Source: Schmidtea polychroa (Eukaryota). Taken from it: DNA of 64,000 bases. Position numbers and translations under genes: made by a program. The notes beneath the pieces were generated by a model. The model did no database searches, was not told the origin of the DNA, and was given only the letters and a program-made list of their open reading frames with translations. The stretch spans positions 246,698,001 through 246,762,000 of the forward strand of contig CM097885.1 of assembly GCA_044892525.1 (NCBI GenBank). The letters run 5' to 3'. Below are positions 60,922-64,000 of this stretch, piece after piece (within the stretch, counting starts at the first letter, position 1; every line of letters starts with the position of its first letter).

Positions 60922-61800
60922 TCAATTGAAACTTACAAAATTCACAAAAGTTGAAATCAAACATTTCAATAAATTTTTCACAAAATTGTGTTTACTAATA
61001 TTAATCAATTCCTTCAATCGATAGTGATCAAGAACTTGAGAACGCAGATGACAGACAGTCATTCCAATGTATGTGACATTGCACCCTTGACATAAATATT
61101 CATAACCAAGATCTAAACACCATCTAAGTAGGATTTGAAATTCACTAACAAACACGAAGTTAAAAAAACAGGAATTAGAAACCACATTCAAACATTGAAT
61201 ACACAACTTCTTGTTCAAAATCTTTACGCAAACTTTATAACATCCAAAATAGAGATGTTTTTATTCCATAACAAGCAACATAATTCAATTGTTTCAATCC
61301 ATGTTACATTAGTAAACAGACTAAATAAATTCAAAACTATCTTTACATTCAAACTCTGATCATATTAATGGTTTTAATAATCCATTTTAAAATTTGGCAA
61401 CAGTACCAACCATGGGTAAAACAGGTCTCGTAGGCACATAATCTTTATGGACTTTTGGAAGCCCATACATTTTTGCTGGTTGTGACCACCTTTGGACGAA
61501 TAGATTTAAACATATCTTCATCAATTTGGTTATGTTTAATTACCTTATTAAGTCTTGTAAATCTTATAAATATCGATGCACTCCTTTGAGCTAAAAGCTA
61601 TTTGTCTTTCTTATTGTCACATTTCTATTTATTCTGAATTTCGAGTTTTTTTTTCTTTGCCATCGAATATCGGAAATGCTACCTAATTGTTATATAAGGT
61701 GATAAATCATATATTTTTTTCTATCGCTATTTGTATTCTTCCAAAGTGAATCATATTTGATTTATTCAAATGATTTTTCTCATTTTTTAAAGAACTCTTT
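60922..61800 (-). pseudogene. Second Penelope-like remnant (RT N-terminus joined to GIY-YIG, most of the RT deleted)
   Basis: PAKMYGLPKVHKDYVPTRPVLPMVGT (~61400-61480) and YEYLCQGCNVTYIGMTVCHLRSQVLDH (~61020-61110). Confidence 0.7.
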
Positions 61801-62354
61801 TATTGTTTTCAAAATGTTTTGATAATTCATTTGCAATGTGACAACATAGATGAGCCTGGAGATGCCATTATTAGAACTACATGTGATAAACTGATTGCAA
61901 AAATTAAATACAATTTCTTTTACATTTAATTAATTATATGTTTATTCTATTGAAAAGCAGGCAGTCGTCGACTTATGACCACAATCGGCTCCGACAGTCT
62001 GAATTGTAAGTCGATTTGATCATTTTCATGCATATTTGCTATAAATATTCAACAATTGTCAAAATCAATTTTGCTAATTTTTTATCTTTTTTTGACAGTA
62101 CTTTTGTATTTAAATTTATTTTTCATTTTGCATAAATAATAATATTACTAAAAATTTTTTTATGCTTATTAGTTTACAAAATATTTATTATTTTATATAT
62201 TTATTAAACATTCAATAAAGAAATATGAAATACAGATACAAAAAATACAAATTCAGTATCTGTGGGAATTAATGTGAGTTTCATTAAAAGTTTGTTAAAA
62301 TCATTCGAAAGTCATCCCTGAAAAATGAGATATCTGAGAAACACGCCAAAGTTG

Positions 62355-62540
62355 ATCAGGAAGCAGAAACAAGTTTAAATGAATCAGAATGGGATATGAT
62401 ATCACAAATTTTAAAAATTTAATACCTATAAAATTAGTAGTAGATGCCACAATAACTTTTATGCTAGAAAATCTAAACGAGGATGAAGAACTTAAAAAAA
62501 GAACTAGCGATACAAATTAATAAACGAAGAACAATTATAT
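62355..62540 (+). pseudogene. hAT transposase remnant
   Basis: LNESEWDMISQILK..PIKLVVDA in broken frames. Confidence 0.4.
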
Positions 62541-62899
62541 CGGATTTACATAATAGAAGAACAACTACAATAGGTAAAAGCATCTGCCGCAAATCAAAGA
62601 CAAAAATAATTAAATCAATGTCGTACCAAATAAAGCGATTAACAGCGAGGTGAAGAAAAACGATTTGAGTTCGGCCGACACGGACACTATTGAAGAAGTA
62701 ACCAGGAATTCTGGAATTTAGATTTTCCCAAAAAATTGGATTCACTAATGTGAACACAATGCGGAAGACAAGAAGAAGAGGAAAGTAAATTGAATCCTAG
62801 AAAAACAAACTTTAGCAAGACTTAGCACAAGCTAAGGTTATTATTGACGACTCCACCGTTTGAAAAAGACATATTTGGGTTAAAAATATGTGAACTAAA

Positions 62900-63420
62900 C
62901 TGTTGAAAATTAGAAAAACGTGTTTTTTTCTGATGAAAGCTATTTTTTGGAACAAGACAGAGATCTCGTTTTGTTTGAAAAAGTGGCAATGAAAAACTTA
63001 CTGCAGTACATATTGATCAAATCGTTAAACACCAGGTAAAGACGATGTTTTTGGGGCTGTTTTTCGTATAAAGGTACGGAATCTCTTGTACCGGTTGATG
63101 GCTTGATGTAATCTCAAAAATATAGAGACTTACTAGAACAAAAACTGGAAGATGAACTGAGAAAAGTTAATGTCAGCGGTGGAGTCGTTTTCCAATAAGA
63201 TTCAGTTCCATGTCACGTATCGAAAGTCATGATGAAATATTTCAAAGAGATGTCAGGGAACCCACTTGATCTAAATCCTATTGAAAATCTGTAGGTTATT
63301 GTAAAAGCTACACTTTTTAAAAAGGATCGTACAACAAAAACAAAACTAACAGAACTAATTGAAAACGTGTTGACTAAATTCCAGAATGCGTTGCAAACGT
63401 TATAAAAGTCAATAAACGAC
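62900..63420 (+). pseudogene. Tc1-like transposase remnant
   Basis: NVFFSDESYF, a MFxGCF-like segment, VVFQxDSVPCHVSK and DLNPIENL; many stops. Confidence 0.75.
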
Positions 63421-64000
63421 ATAATTCACTGCCAAAATGCTACCCTAACTGAAACGACACAAATTAAAGCAGCATTTCCCATGTATTTTCAAGTGAAATG
63501 ATATTCGGATTTCACATTTTTATTTTAATTCACAATAATAATTTTTCGATATTTCATTAAAATTATTGAGAATTATAAAATAGTGCAAAATTATAAATAT
63601 AATCCGTAACGCAATGTCTAACAATTTATAAACCAATGTATAAAAAGAAAGTATAAAGAAAAAAATTAAAACTAACTAAATTCAGTAAAAAAGAAATATA
63701 TTTAGAAAATTAATGGCCAAAAGTCGACGACTGGACTGAATATCTCCTTAATCTTGTTATTTTTATAGTATTCACAGCCCGAAACCTTTAACTTTAACAA
63801 ATATTTAGAACATGAAATAAAAAGTAACTCGATATTTAATGAAATGTCAGGTTAATAATTATTATCATCATGGTCATCTGAGCAATGATAATAATTATTA
63901 AGTCATATGGCATAGTGATTCCATTACATTTCTCGGCTATTTTGGTACCACCGATATTCACGTGATCTACATTTCAAGTCGGATCATCATATGTGAATTA

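Overview
This is very AT-rich eukaryotic genomic DNA, probably an invertebrate animal (short 38-56 nt GT-AG introns; the organism cannot be determined from the sequence). It has four assembly gaps. The main feature is a full-length 16.2-kb Polinton/Maverick (adintovirus-like endogenous dsDNA virus) at 6993-23230. It has AGTAGT...ACTACT termini, ~1.1-kb terminal inverted repeats (TIRs) and a perfect 6-bp GTGATA target-site duplication (TSD). It carries the complete core set: packaging ATPase, rve integrase with chromodomain, minor and major capsid proteins, adenain-like protease and protein-primed PolB. It also carries unusual cargo: a clear TATA-binding-protein (TBP) homologue, an IAP-type RING protein, and several genes split by host-style spliceosomal introns that the ORF track misses. 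The first 551 bp look like the right terminus of a second, related Polinton. The rest of the window is mostly decayed transposons (hAT elements and MITEs with perfect 8-bp TSDs, Merlin, pogo, Tc1/mariner, Ty3/gypsy, Penelope-like elements with a candidate hammerhead), one orphan GC-rich ORF, and three exons of a probable host PH/PTB (DOK/IRS-like) adaptor gene. Protein calls rest on motif recognition by eye; no database searches were run.
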